From Trichoplax sp. H2 (taxonomy: Eukaryota), in NCBI GenBank assembly GCA_003344405.1, contig NOWV01000003.1:1054001-1118000 (forward strand): DNA of 64,000 bases, given 5' to 3'. Positions 1 to 13,233 of this stretch are shown piece by piece. A program made the position numbers and the translations under genes. Each line of letters opens with the position of its first letter. Within the stretch, counting starts at the first letter, position 1. Under the pieces are notes generated by a model, which saw only the letters and a program-made list of their open reading frames with translations, had not been told where the DNA came from and did no database searches.

Positions 1-987
1 TAAACAGCTTCTTAGCATCACAATGTTGTTACAGTTAGCAGTCGATTCCATTTAACTGCATAAAATTCTACGAATATAATGGTTTAGCGATTTTGGCGAT
101 ATTGTTACCGGGTAATTAGCTAAGATCACCGACAACACTACCTAGTGTGATCCACACTAATTGCCGTGATTAGTGTAATGTACTACTTTCACTTTTTATT
201 ATATTTTATATGCAGTTTGCAACAACCGTGGGTTCTTTTGCATAAACATACTCAGCATGCGCGTGATTTAACATAATTAGAAATATGAGATTGCTACTAC
301 TAAAATCATGTTTGTATTCTTATCCCTGCAAATATGGATACTTCAATAATTAATAGTTACATAATTTAAAGCACAAATACGCTAAGATGATTATTGCCAA
401 TCTTTTTATTATTTAAATGAACTTTTCTTTAATTATAATTATGTAAATTAAATGATTAGTTAATTGTAGTATAGCAAAGTATAAAATTTTATATTTATTT
501 TGCATTTTCTTGTTTGATATGTCGACTATATCTACTTAGAGATAGTGTAATAAAATATGGCAAGGACTTTATCGCTTGAATGATTAACAAGAAAAATCTT
601 TCATATACTGAATAACATTTGATTAAAAGAGTGATTTTGTACGTTATACAATTTTATATCAGGGAGGCTTATAAGTGCTTTCATAAAAGTGAGATGCGTG
701 TGCCTCTAAAGATTGTATTGCACATAGTGTGGTAATAACAACCGCATGTAATTTATATTTAGTGTAAAAGATAAGAAATATTGCAAATGAGTAAATTATA
801 TGCAGAGCTTTAGCCCAGTCGAGATGCATATAGGTACCAGAATAATCCATACGCACTTACTATGCAATGATAAAATACAAAGATAAAGTATACGCTCTCC
901 AGTCAATGAAAAATTTATCAACTGATACTTGTAAATTCTTGATACCTATTGTGTACATTACTAAACAAGTCCATATGTATACTGATA

Positions 988-2605
988 TTAGATTGCACAA
1001 GAGTCTTGATACAACTGCATGGCTTCTTCAGTGTAAGGATGAGAACTTCCTAATAAAGTGTCGAATAAATTAGCGGCAGTCCTAAATTGATATTCGGCAC
1101 GCTGGTGCATATTTGTGCTTTGATAAAAGCATGCTAAGTTAAATCGAGCAATGGCAGCATGAATATTCGGAGTGTCGCCGTAGTAATCCCCAAGGATAGA
1201 CAATACAACGGAATAAATCGCTTCTGCACTATCTTTTTGTAAATCGGCATATGCTAAAGCTATATTATTGAGTATGCCTACCGAAGAAGGAGATTTAGAC
1301 CTTAATACATAAATCCACTTAATCTTGATAATGGAAAGTAAGCATGTACAATACAGTACTATATAAACTACCGCTACAAAAATTCATAGTGCAACATCGT
1401 GATATTATATACGTTATATACAGTTAAAAAATTAATAGATAGTCTTCTATTCGCCATAATTCGGTTCGACTTAGTTCTTAATAGGACTATTACCTGCGGT
1501 CCGCGGATGAATAATGCCAAATTTTTTACAGGTTACTGCTAAATCTTCTATATAGAATGTCAAGGCTTCTCGATAGCTATTTTGTTTATAAGATAGCTGA
1601 CCAAACTAGAATTTTATTAACAAAGAATCGAAAATAAATTTTATATTATCTGGTATCCGTGATTTCCATTTATTTTATTAACATAAAGAATGTAAAGATT
1701 TGTCAGAAAATATTTTATTACTGTCGGCAAATGCAGTATATAATATAAACGTTTAATACCAGGTGTTAGTACATACCACACTTAATATAGATGTCACATA
1801 CGGATGATCAGAGCCTAAGAAATCCGTCGCTACTTCCAGGGCTCTGAAAATTACGCGTTTACTTTCCAGTAAATTTTTTTGAGTGCTTAAAACAGATCTA
1901 CAATGGCCAAGAAATTGTTGATGGAATTACTACGTATATAATTAGTAAGTATACGTACGCATATTGCTTGCAATGACCTACCCAAATCCCAAAAGACCCC
2001 GTACTAGCAGTAATTTCTGTGTAGTAGATTTTATTTTTATTTGTCGTTGTATTGCATCTTTATAACATTGAATTGCCTCGTCTAGTCTCATTTCTTTTTC
2101 ATACATAGAACCAAGAGCATACATAGCCTACCGTATAATGAATATTTAGTACAGCATATTAAAATATATAGTCTTCCAAGAAATGCTTATACAAATATAG
2201 AGCAGTCATTACTTATAAATTCTATTTGATTAAACTTTCCCTGTTTTATTCGAATTTTATTATAGGTGATACCAGTACGTGAATTTAAAACTAACCTCTA
2301 TAACTTCTGGATGATTGCATCTATAATTCCATTTAGTATGTGCGTGGTCATATATGACTGCTCCGTGTGAATTTAAATACCGCTTCTCAAGCTCTTGAGT
2401 TAGATTTTCATATGTTGCGCTAATAATATTGTTACAATTAGTCCGAAAGCAAAAATTAATAACCTATCCATATGCATGAAGAAATTCTGATATGATAATA
2501 TTCATTACCAACCGAGATTTACGTCTCTCATGATATGTTTCAGTCAGGATACGATCTTCAATCTGTGCAGTAAGTACTATCATTAGTAACAGCCACGTAC
2601 CTCAT
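988..2605 (-). CDS. TPR-repeat protein (kinesin light chain / nephrocystin-3-type TPRs); 5' end uncertain, may be linked to the upstream mosaic gene
   Basis: Phase-consistent GT-AG exons at ~2419-2297, ~2127-1982, ~1897-1778, ~1605-1494 and ~1277-988 (stop). They translate to HPEVIEAMYALGSMYEKEMRLDEAIQCYKDA, FLGSDHPYVTSILSVFGQLSYKQNSYREALTFY, HPRTAGILNNIALAY, IARFNLACFYQ...RAEYQFRTA and LGSSHPYT. A possible start is ATG AG|gtacgt at 2605-2601, giving MSATYENL. Confidence 0.8.
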
Positions 2606-2679
2606 TTGCTTAAGCTATCTCAAAGCTCACACTAAATAATAGAATGCTTTAATATTGCTAAAATTTTAATTTAAAACTT

Positions 2680-5600
2680 TTATTTTGCCTCATCTATTAG
2701 CTTCTGTCCTTCCATTTCTTGATCTTGCAGACTACCAGTCTGTAAATCACCCTCTGAATCATTTTCTGGATTATCAAATAATATTGATTCTTTAAATGGC
2801 AAGCTATCAATATCGCTATCTCCATTAACTTTGATGGTGTTAAGTGAATGTTCTGAAAAAAGCTTGCCACTATTTTTTCGTAGTCGGTGACTTGCACTAT
2901 GCATCTGACGATTTAGAATTTCGTCATCGCTGAGTAATCCTTTATTATCTAGGAATACTTGATGCAAGATTCTTCTACGTCGACCAATCTTCGTTGATTT
3001 AGTTTTACCCAATGTTATATCTCCTAACGAATCCCCAGCTCGCGGTATATTTCTAAGCTTGACTCTTACAGATGCCATAGCCATAATGGGGCCTTGATTC
3101 AGGAATTTTCCGTCCACATTTTGACCTTTTATGTTGTGATATGAACGTAAACATCGATCTATCAGGTACATAATCTTCTACACACTTTTTTAACTATAAA
3201 TCTCCTAAACATTAGTATACTACCTGATGATTCAAAATGTATAATTCTGACTCCGGTTCCGTAATTTCTAAAAGTTACAACCTCTTTATGCCATTTATTA
3301 GCGGACAAATCTGTAATCTGACCACTATTGTATTCTCGCACGACTTTACGACCATGTCGTAATAATTTCACTTTGAATTCATAGTTATCGTTCTTATTAT
3401 TACTCGATCCTCCCGAGTACCATTCAAAAGCCTGAGTTTAATATTGAATTACGTCAATGAGATAGCAATTGTAAATCCAATCTAAATCGTTTTATTACTT
3501 GAATATCTGGCGATTTATCCCAAAATTCAGCAGGAAAATAATCTGTTAGCTGGATTTCTTGAAATTTCCTGCAATATGTATTGCTCGAAACGAATATCAG
3601 CGCTGTTGATTAAAGTGAAATTATGTAATAAGTTTAGGGTAATATTGAAAATTAAAAACAAAAGCATTAATGTCAGTAAACATGTCTAAATGTTGACAAT
3701 ATTGTGTAGATTATTAACCATTTGTAATTGATTTCGGTTAGTACCGTAACCTCAGCATTGCCTATTCGATAAGCTTATAATCGTGTTATAGCTCTTTTTA
3801 AGTTAGACGATTATAGTTATGTCCCTAATATAATGCATTTGATTATTTTGTCATCAATTTTGATTCAGTAGTCTCAATACTGCCTATTTTAACATGTTTG
3901 TAGTTGTGTTCTATCTATCCTTACAGTTTCAAGATATGATCATGAACATATTCTAGACATGATATATTTAGCTTTAATTCAGTTTTTCAGTAGTCTTATG
4001 CTTATAATGTTATAAATATCTTTTACCTCGATCTTTTCCTTTAGTTCCATAAAAAACTTTCCAATTACCTCCCATTTTCCAAAACATTCTATTATCCAAC
4101 TATAAAATGATAAATTTAATTATGTAAATGGTAATGATAAACAATGTGACTGCACTTTTTTTTAGTTTCATATTGATTTTCATGTTGAAATTTAACTTAA
4201 AAATCAACCAGCAATATAAAAGCATATGTACGTCTGTATTGCTTATACGTATGTATAATATTTACCACATGGATAATCGATCGTTTTGCAAAATTCCCGA
4301 TCATTTGCAAAACCACACACTATGCAGTTAATTTGCAAAATATTATATATACTATATACATACACTATCGTCTATATTTTTTATCATGTCAATATATATA
4401 TAGATTTATATCCAACCTGTCCATTGTAGTTGCGTAATAAGTTATCCGACCAACCAACTTGGAACATTTCTTTTTTGCATAAGTTATAAGATATTGGTAG
4501 TTCGCGTTCATACTATTGTAATTATTATAAGAAAATGTACGCTTATAATTTATTATGTATTAGGTGCTCTAGTTAACTAAATATTGCAGTAATTTTTATT
4601 TATAAAATATAAAGAGTTCAAGTATAAATTATACTAATTTTAAATGAGTTAGAATCTAGAAATACTCACATTACTCAATTGCTGATGATCATCTTGAGGA
4701 GTTAAGTACTGTATTGTTGATTTTTTCTTATTACTATGAAATAAAGCAAACGCACATAACGGCTGCTCAAATAGTGTCATGGAGAATTTACCATTAACGA
4801 TAGATATGGGCAAGTTAATATAATTGGCTGTATTGCCAAGCTCTAATTCTCCATCATTTTCTTTCATGACTTGTTGTACCTATCGATAAATGTCACCATC
4901 ATTACTAGATGAAATAGAATAATATCACTATTGTTGCTATTTATATCCCTTACGTCCTTGGTAGCATTCTTTCCCTGTAATATGCAGCATTGTACGGATG
5001 ACTCAATATAATGTAGCTTTAGGATATAACTGCCATTTTCTATAGGAAACTAGAAGTTAAATATAACGTAACATATGAAAATTAATATTGGCATACCGGT
5101 ATAACATACTGTATAGATAATTAATTATCATTTAATTGAAAATCGAGAAAGTAGAAATCTAAACAATGTCAATGTTTCATTTTTAAATCTATTAGAAATG
5201 GTAGTGACAGCTCCTGTCTATTCAACGAAATCTTTCTTTATATTTAACTAACATAATTTAAAATACATACTTCGTATTTAACTACTTTTTCATCGCCAGC
5301 AACATTTGAAGTTCGGTAGGTGCTATAAAGCAAGCCATCATCAGTATTCATAATAGTTTGATGCAGAACTGGATTCCGGTAAACTCCTTTTAGGTTAGTT
5401 CCTTGCAGTCCTATTAAATTTTAAGACATATAGTGAAAAATTAGTAATTAACTTAGCTGATCAAATAATATTTCTTAAATAATAATGAATATTGCTGATT
5501 TAATAAATTTAAGATTAGTATGCATCATATCTTAAAAAATAGCATTGATGTACTGTAGTAATCACATAAAAGAGATTATTTCATTTCGCGACTGTAGCTA

Positions 5601-8600
5601 GAATTAATGCCTCATCTATTTATTTCAGTTCATATAATAATTGGACGATAAAGTACCTTTCTGCGATGATAGTAAGAAATTATTCTCACTTATATATACC
5701 ACTCCTTTCGAATTTTCATAGGATGGTCCAGCACAATTAACAGCAACACCAACGTAGTTAGGTTGTCGAATTAGCTGCATTGGAGAACCATTTAGTTCTA
5801 CCTTAATTTCAGAGCCTTCGATACCTGTTATATGGATATTTTTTAATTATTAAAAATATGTATAAAAGGTATAAATGTGCTCATCAGAGAACTGACTGTA
5901 AAATATTAGCTTATAATATTATTTATGATAAGTTTAAAAGTATTATCGTATACTACCATTAAATTACAACAATAGCACAATTATTCTTTCTATCTTTGTG
6001 ATTTACTTGATTTACCAATTAATTATTAATCAATATGGTCATGATTATTCATAATTTTCTAAATGTTGTAATTAGTTAAAAGAACATAATACTGTAGCTA
6101 CATCAAAACCATTAAGTTAACGAAATGTGGATTTTAATGATTGAATAATCAATCATTTTACAATTACCTGGTATATCGCCAATGCTATCAATTGCAAATA
6201 CACGTATTAAATGAAGGCCAAGAATTCGTTGCCGTGAAGGCCACAATTTGGAAAATGTAAACTTGTTTTCACTTTCCTGATTTAATTCTTGTCTCTTAAT
6301 ACGAAATACTTCTTTCTCGTCGACAGTGATACAGAGTGTACTAGACTGTGAAAGCCAACCAGAAATTTTTTCATTATCAATATCGACTTGGCTATGTAAA
6401 AATGATCGATCAGCTATAGCTAAACTGGCATGTTGGTTATGATCAGTTTGCTTCATGCCATGAGATAACCGACTATCGCTAATATTAGATAAGATAGCAT
6501 AACGACAAGGTCCAGACGGGCCGGAAACGTAAATGGATGCGTTGGATAATGAAAATTTCCATACGTTGGAATTATTTCCTTTGCTACCACTACCTTTAAA
6601 ATAGCCAGCTTTTATGTCGAGATAAAGAATATTATTAGCTTATGCATATATGGTGTTAGTAGAAATCAGTTAGTCCTTGACTCTACTAACGCAATTTTAT
6701 ACACTCTATGATACACATATTAAAGTGTAGATAAGTACCGTATATTTAATTTGATGCTCTCGCGCTTAAAATCTGTTAATTTTTTTAAAGTAGCTCTAAT
6801 TGCGCTTTGTGAACATGAATAGAAAATCATTAGATCTTACGCGTACCTCTAACCTTCCGTTTTTCACTAGCTTCCGTCGAGACGGTCAATAAATACAAAG
6901 CTGAAATAGTTCGATCTTCATTGCCATAACTATGAGAGCATAAAACAATAAAAATGCAATGTTTTATTGATGTCGCTAGCTTTAAAATCATCGTCTTTCT
7001 TTCTCCATCGATGGCTTGTGTATGATAAGTGAAATTTCTGAAAACGCTACTGTCTTTTATATCTTGATATCGGTCTGGTCTATTATGATAAAGACAATAT
7101 GTACTTTCTTTAGGCCCTGATACTCTAAGGCGGCTATTTGGTCCTTTCGTTGAAAATTTCCATTGACTATCGCCATATAATTTCTCTCCATGGAAATTAT
7201 TGCCGTCTGAACCAAATCTATGCAATGAAAATGTTTTCATATCTGTTAAGTAGAGCGATATCTTTACGTGATCCAGAATTACTAATTACAATACGCATTC
7301 AAGTCACTAACGGTGCTTCAGTAGTTTTACATCGAAATAATATTTGAATCTATTTGATATATGGGATTTTTAATATCAGTATTATACAAAAACTACAAGA
7401 TTGAAGGTGAAATTTAAATTAATACCCAGTATTGTTCACTAAAATTACATGATAATAAGAAGGATAATGTTCTCCGATTTATAAGTTTCTAGTTGTATTA
7501 CGTCGTACATTTTCAAATAGTTAATGATGAAATCTAGATTTTTAATTAAAGGGTAATATAGTATGATAAAATTTCTTGAGAACAAGAAGGATAATTTTCT
7601 CTGGTCTATAATTATTATTATTTTTATTGAATATTTTTAAATAATTACTAGTGTTTATTGATTTGATTTTATCTCGAAGTAATATCGAATTTCACATGAT
7701 ATTTCAGTTTTTAAGTATTAACAATAACCCTGAATAGCATACATGATTTATTAATATATTAAACAGTTATGGCCAAAGTAGAGTACGGTATAGTGGGCAT
7801 AAAATTTGCTTATGTAGGTGTACGTAGGATGCCTTTCCACTTTTACTTGAAGGGAAATGGGGTAGTTTAAATTAAGTACCTTACCTGAGAAGATAAAGCG
7901 CACCAAATGCCGATAACTTTGCTTTTGCTCGGCCTTCACATGGTGCACTACATAATAAAATGGCTGCACCTCCATCTGATTCATCTACCTTGATCGGTAA
8001 ATCACATATTAATTCGTTATCTTTAGGGATGCAAACTAAGCCACATCGTAGGCTCGTTTGATGAGCATGATTCGATAAGATAGTAACAAAATTAGCTCCA
8101 CATCCGCTATTTAGGATCAGATTGCCTTTAACATCAGGATGAACATCTAATAGTGCAATTAAAGTCGATAGATTTCACTTATTGAGTATATTGCAATTAA
8201 AATAGCTTTAATTTCAATAAAGTTGCCTTAATTAATGATATAAAATTATGTATATGATAATTTTAAAAAATAATTCAAACTCTAGATATTTAAAATCTAG
8301 TATTAAAAAGTTCCAGAAAATTTCTTTTATATATCATATATCAGTTTTTTACAATTGTCAACTAGTAAGACTAATGATAGTATGATATAAATACAGTAAA
8401 TCGAAAAATGATGGGAATTTTAGATTATAGTACTTCAATTCTAGGATGGATTATGGTACTTTGTCTATGATCCTACGAAAGACTATACTGGAGCTCTATA
8501 ATTATAATCCAATCTCTAATGAAAGGTCATAATCGTAACTGCTTTAAGAGAAAATTAAAATTCGCTGTAATTTAACCCTTTTAAATTATGGGATTCTAAA

Positions 8601-10595
8601 GTTATTATGGAATTTATTTACTGCTATTATAAGTTCAGAATATTTTTGATACTATTAGATATTAGTATAGTTAATAGTTATACATATGCAATCACCAAAG
8701 GTCGGTTGATGCTTTTTTCCTAACATCTGGTGGATTATAGAGAGGCGACAATGATTTGAGTCGAAGCCAGATTGCAACATTAACAACGCGGCTGCAGTTT
8801 CACGATTGTATGTTGAAGAAACAATTAGAAGCGAAGTAGACCCTCCATATTGTCCATTGACATTAAAATCTAATTGAATTGAGCAACATAAAGGCCATAC
8901 GACATGGGCACAATTGTTGATATCATCTGATACACCTATAATCAAATAAAGATTTAATTTGTTAGCGAAATTAATTACAGGATTGCTGTCCTAAGCTATT
9001 TCCGGTGATTTTTAATTAAGATAGCTCATACAGTTTTAACGATATAACTATGCGGTACCCTGGCATTTTACCGCAATATAACAGTGTTAAAAACTAAGTT
9101 GATCGACTTTAATCTTTATTTAGGCATAATGGAAGCCGTTAAATATTTTAATTCAATCAAATATTAATTAAATAAACTCTGATGACAAGATAATGCCCGT
9201 GGAGGAATAGGAACATCATAATTTCTCTACACTTTATATGTTGCAACGAAAGGAAAGGTACTCTAGTATCGAGCTATCCACAGGTTAGCATGTTAAATAT
9301 TAGATTTTTCACATTTAATTATCAATAATGTTCTTCATTTTGGTATTAATCAACTTCATTTGTATCCATGATCCAATTGAAATTGTTAAGACTAATTAAC
9401 TTATATAATTGATCTAGCAGAAATTTAAAGTTTTGATACGCTACCATTCGAAATATACGACAATAATTGTAATGATATTGTGATAGTGCTTAGATATCAG
9501 AAGCAGTTTCTACACATTCCCTTTTTGTATATGTATATGTACAAGTTATAACACCCCAGTCAACATCAAATTGCAAGTATTCTGGATCTATAAGCTACCA
9601 GTATCCTATAATATAAGAATTTTTTTCTAATACTATGTCATGTTTTCCTTACGATCTATATTTTCCTTCAAGTGATTGTGACACAGTAACTTTACATCTT
9701 TCCTCCGGTTATTATAAAAGAATAAGCTGTTCGAATATTTGCATAAAGTCCAGCATATATTTAGGGATTGATCTAACTTGTAGGTGATTTAATTACGGTA
9801 GCTTTTTTGGCAGAATACTGAGATTGGTAACGACAGCTATCAGAAAATTCACATGACTTACGTACATGCTATAAAATGAGGGTATAAATGAAGTTATAGG
9901 AATGAAGAAATTATACAATATTTGCTAGATTAATTTGTTATAAAGTTTCTCCGTTAGCATTAAGCAAGTTGTTAATAATGTATAAATGCGAATGATTTAT
10001 CAAGAATTTTCACGAGAAAAATGCGATGTGACGGTCTTTTTTTGAGATACATTATCGTTAGCCTATGATATCGTTAACAAGAGCGATAATAACTGTAATA
10101 TGATCTAGCACTAACGAACTTGATTGCGATAGAAACTAAATCATATATTTTACCTTGGTAATACATATCAGTTTTTTTGAGTGATGCAAGGCTGCCAGAA
10201 TAATCTAGAGATTGATTTTTTTCTACTTGTTCGCTATCTTGAATTACATTATTTATGACAATGATATTCTCATCTGATAGTGATGGAACTATGTCTTCAC
10301 TTTGATCATTGTTTCCATTTTCTTGAACATTATCTTCTTGGACTACTTGGGAAAGTTCTTTCTCTTCGTTTACCTTATCCTCTTCACCTCCATTGACTAG
10401 TGTTACTCTTTTTACATCGCCATTGTCATTATTATCTTCTACGCTTTCTAGGATAATTTGTACTTTTGGATAACTGTCACTTTGTCCAATATTTGACTCT
10501 GATTGGATTGTATTGCTGTCTTTTTCATCAATATCGTCAACTTGATTCTCGCTATGATGATCAGATACTGGTATATTTTGGATATCGGTAGCCAT
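2680..10595 (-). CDS. Mosaic protein (~1101 aa): acidic low-complexity N-terminus, 3 unassigned beta-rich repeats, Ig-like domain, malectin domain, FBA (F-box-associated) lectin-like domain, charged tail
   Basis: 15 exons, all GT-AG with consistent phases: 10595-10154, 8935-8696, 8146-7885, 7217-6847, 6608-6168, 5824-5657, 5410-5271, 5049-4954, 4879-4670, 4512-4417, 4099-4027, 3761-3719, 3568-3499, 3431-3224, 3125-2680. Malectin motif: VAVNCAGPSY..GVVY...IMNTDDGLLYSTYR...YEFPIENGSYILKLH. FBA motif: NLLRNYNG...KFQEIQL...DKSPDIQAFEWY...YEFKVKLL...WHKEVVTFRNYGTGVRIIHF...GP...SVRV. Confidence 0.78.
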
Positions 10596-13233
10596 ATTTG
10601 TAGCATAAATAATTAAGCTAAGACTGGCAACTTCCTCCCAAATAGAGTTGATTACGTATACTACACTGATTTACAAGTAGTATTGTTGAAAAATGAAATA
10701 TCCAAGCAATGTATTATTGATCGACTTACATCAAGTGTTATAATTTAATTTATGTCTGTTAATTCTTTCTCTTTACAAGTCTTTTGTCGATTAGTTTAGG
10801 CATTAAATCAACAATGATTTAGGAGATTCTTTTAAAAAATTACTACTATATTACTGTAACAAAATAAACGATATTATTTCACTATTTCATAATCAAACAT
10901 ATAATCGATTCTATTAAAAAGACTTATAAGTTATTCCAAGACAGTATACAGGAAGTTAGAATCAAACAGAAGAAGCTTATGATTAAAAAAGTAATGTTAA
11001 CGTATAGATAATACTTATGCTATTCGGTTTAGATTAGAGTTTGTCAAAACAATTGCTATGATTTGACTTAATTGATTTAACTAAAGGCAAGAAGTATGAA
11101 ACTCTAACAGAATAAGAATTAAGAAATAGTAAATGGTTATTATTTTTAAATCTATCGATTATATTTCAATCTATACCGTTATGTAGTAAAGAGATATTAA
11201 AGATTCTTGTTCAATATTCATTTCATAAATAGTACTGATACAGATTCGTGTTTTACAATAATTGTTTGAACTTAAAATGGATCGTAGTCCACTCTTGTTA
11301 TGTTGCTATTACACACGATAGTATACATGCGTACATGGTTTAGATGCTTAGTGTGAATATATTGCTAGACATCATCAACTAGACTTGATGGGTACATTAT
11401 ATTCATTTGTATAGTTGCTAGACAAAACTATAGTAGTGAGAGCTAAACAACTCTTATTCGTTAATGACTTGAATGGTTGCTACCGTAAGCAATCCCCAAT
11501 TTACATATCAATTAATGTCAACAACAATAGTATTGTAATAATTTCTATTTTTTCTTGAAAGGGTTGATGTTGTTCCGTTCTATCCCATTTATTATAATGA
11601 TTTGATGTGGGTCAGCCCATTTCCCTCCTCTCTATTACCTATTACGGCACGTAAATAATATTAATATAAAGCTATAATTGTTTTTTAACGATCACACACG
11701 CATATATATATATGTATACAGACTGGTGATTACATATGTGTTATACTCCTAAGTGGCTAGGAATACCCATTTGATGTATTTATTTATATAACATATCATT
11801 GGCTGCGATAGTCGAAGTGGTATAAAATATGTCAATGTCATAGATTGGTAGGATTAATCTCGAACATCTCAATAACTGATATTACTTTTTCTGAACTTAA
11901 GTATTAGTTTATATCGTCAACTTATAATAGTTGATTTTCTGTATGATACAGCATATTAAATAATGTATAACTTCAATCGTAAATTTCGAATTGCTTCAGC
12001 TACAAAAGGAATAAAATTGCTTGCAATATACATTTGAACTCTTATAACTGCAACTTTTCCATATTTTACTCGTAATGATGTCATTTCAAGCATGTAATTC
12101 ATAGAGATATTTTAACTCCCTACCTATTATTACTGACTAAGCTCTTTTAGTACGAACTTCTTATTTCAAATGAGGCCATTCATGTAGAATACATTCCGAC
12201 TATTTAGGGGAATGAGATGCAAATTACAATCGAAAAAATAGTTTTTTTAATGAAAGTAGCTACATTTTAACCGCGACAGATCTGCATTTTCACTGTTGTA
12301 AGTGCAGCCACATATATTTCGTTTTCAATGATAGCGTTTCACTTACATAATTTGTAAATATAACTTATTTTTCTATCTCTAATTAATAGCAATAAGTAGA
12401 AATTTTACTACGCATAGATGAGGACGAGGCATAAAATACATCGTAACGTCCTTACGACTGTTCGAGAAAGAGATCTATGGTACAAACAGTAAGCACAGGC
12501 TTTCTAACAGTCAATTCATCACATACTGTCCACTATGTGGATGCATAGTTAACCATCTAAATTAACTGCTTTCTGTTAGTAATGTTAATGATTTAAAGCA
12601 ATTCAATTCGTCGAAAAAATAGCTCAAATTTCATTGATTCTTCTTTTTTACTGCATGTAACCGCTGATGCGTTGTAAGTAGAGAGCTATTCTTGTTATTG
12701 ATTCTCAGCGTAAGAATAACGAGATTTCTTAATTTAGATAATTACTGTACTACCTTCTTGTACCCTGATATTATTTTTATTAGATATTAAAAACGTCAGA
12801 AGCTACAAATGTAGTGCATTGAAACTCCAATACTGATGATTTCATAATTATAATTAATTAATAACTCTCGTCACATGTAATAGTGTAGATGTGCCAAAAC
12901 TATTTATCCCCAAATTAGTAGATAATTAAATCATATCGGAACTAAGGTATTAGCTAGAAGTCATGACAGTAAAGAGTACTGTTCAAAGTTAAAAAGGATT
13001 GGTGTCAAGGAGGAATAGATTGCTTGAATTAAATTTTTTGATACTATACCATACCAACGTTACGGATATTACAGTAAGTTACAAATTACAAATTAGTCAC
13101 AATAAAGTGAACAGTCAAACTTAATTAAAAAGAACAATACTAAAATACATGAGAAAATACCTTAATAGTAGAAGTACACGATGACAACAAAAACAATAAA
13201 GTCGTTCGCTATAAAAAAAGGGCATTCAAAAAT

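Noticed and set aside
7751..7984. ORF-track peptide MNQMEVQPFYY...
   Set aside because: Wrong frame. The neighbouring frame gives the repeat motif (GGAAILLCS...GALYLLR) and splices in phase on both sides.
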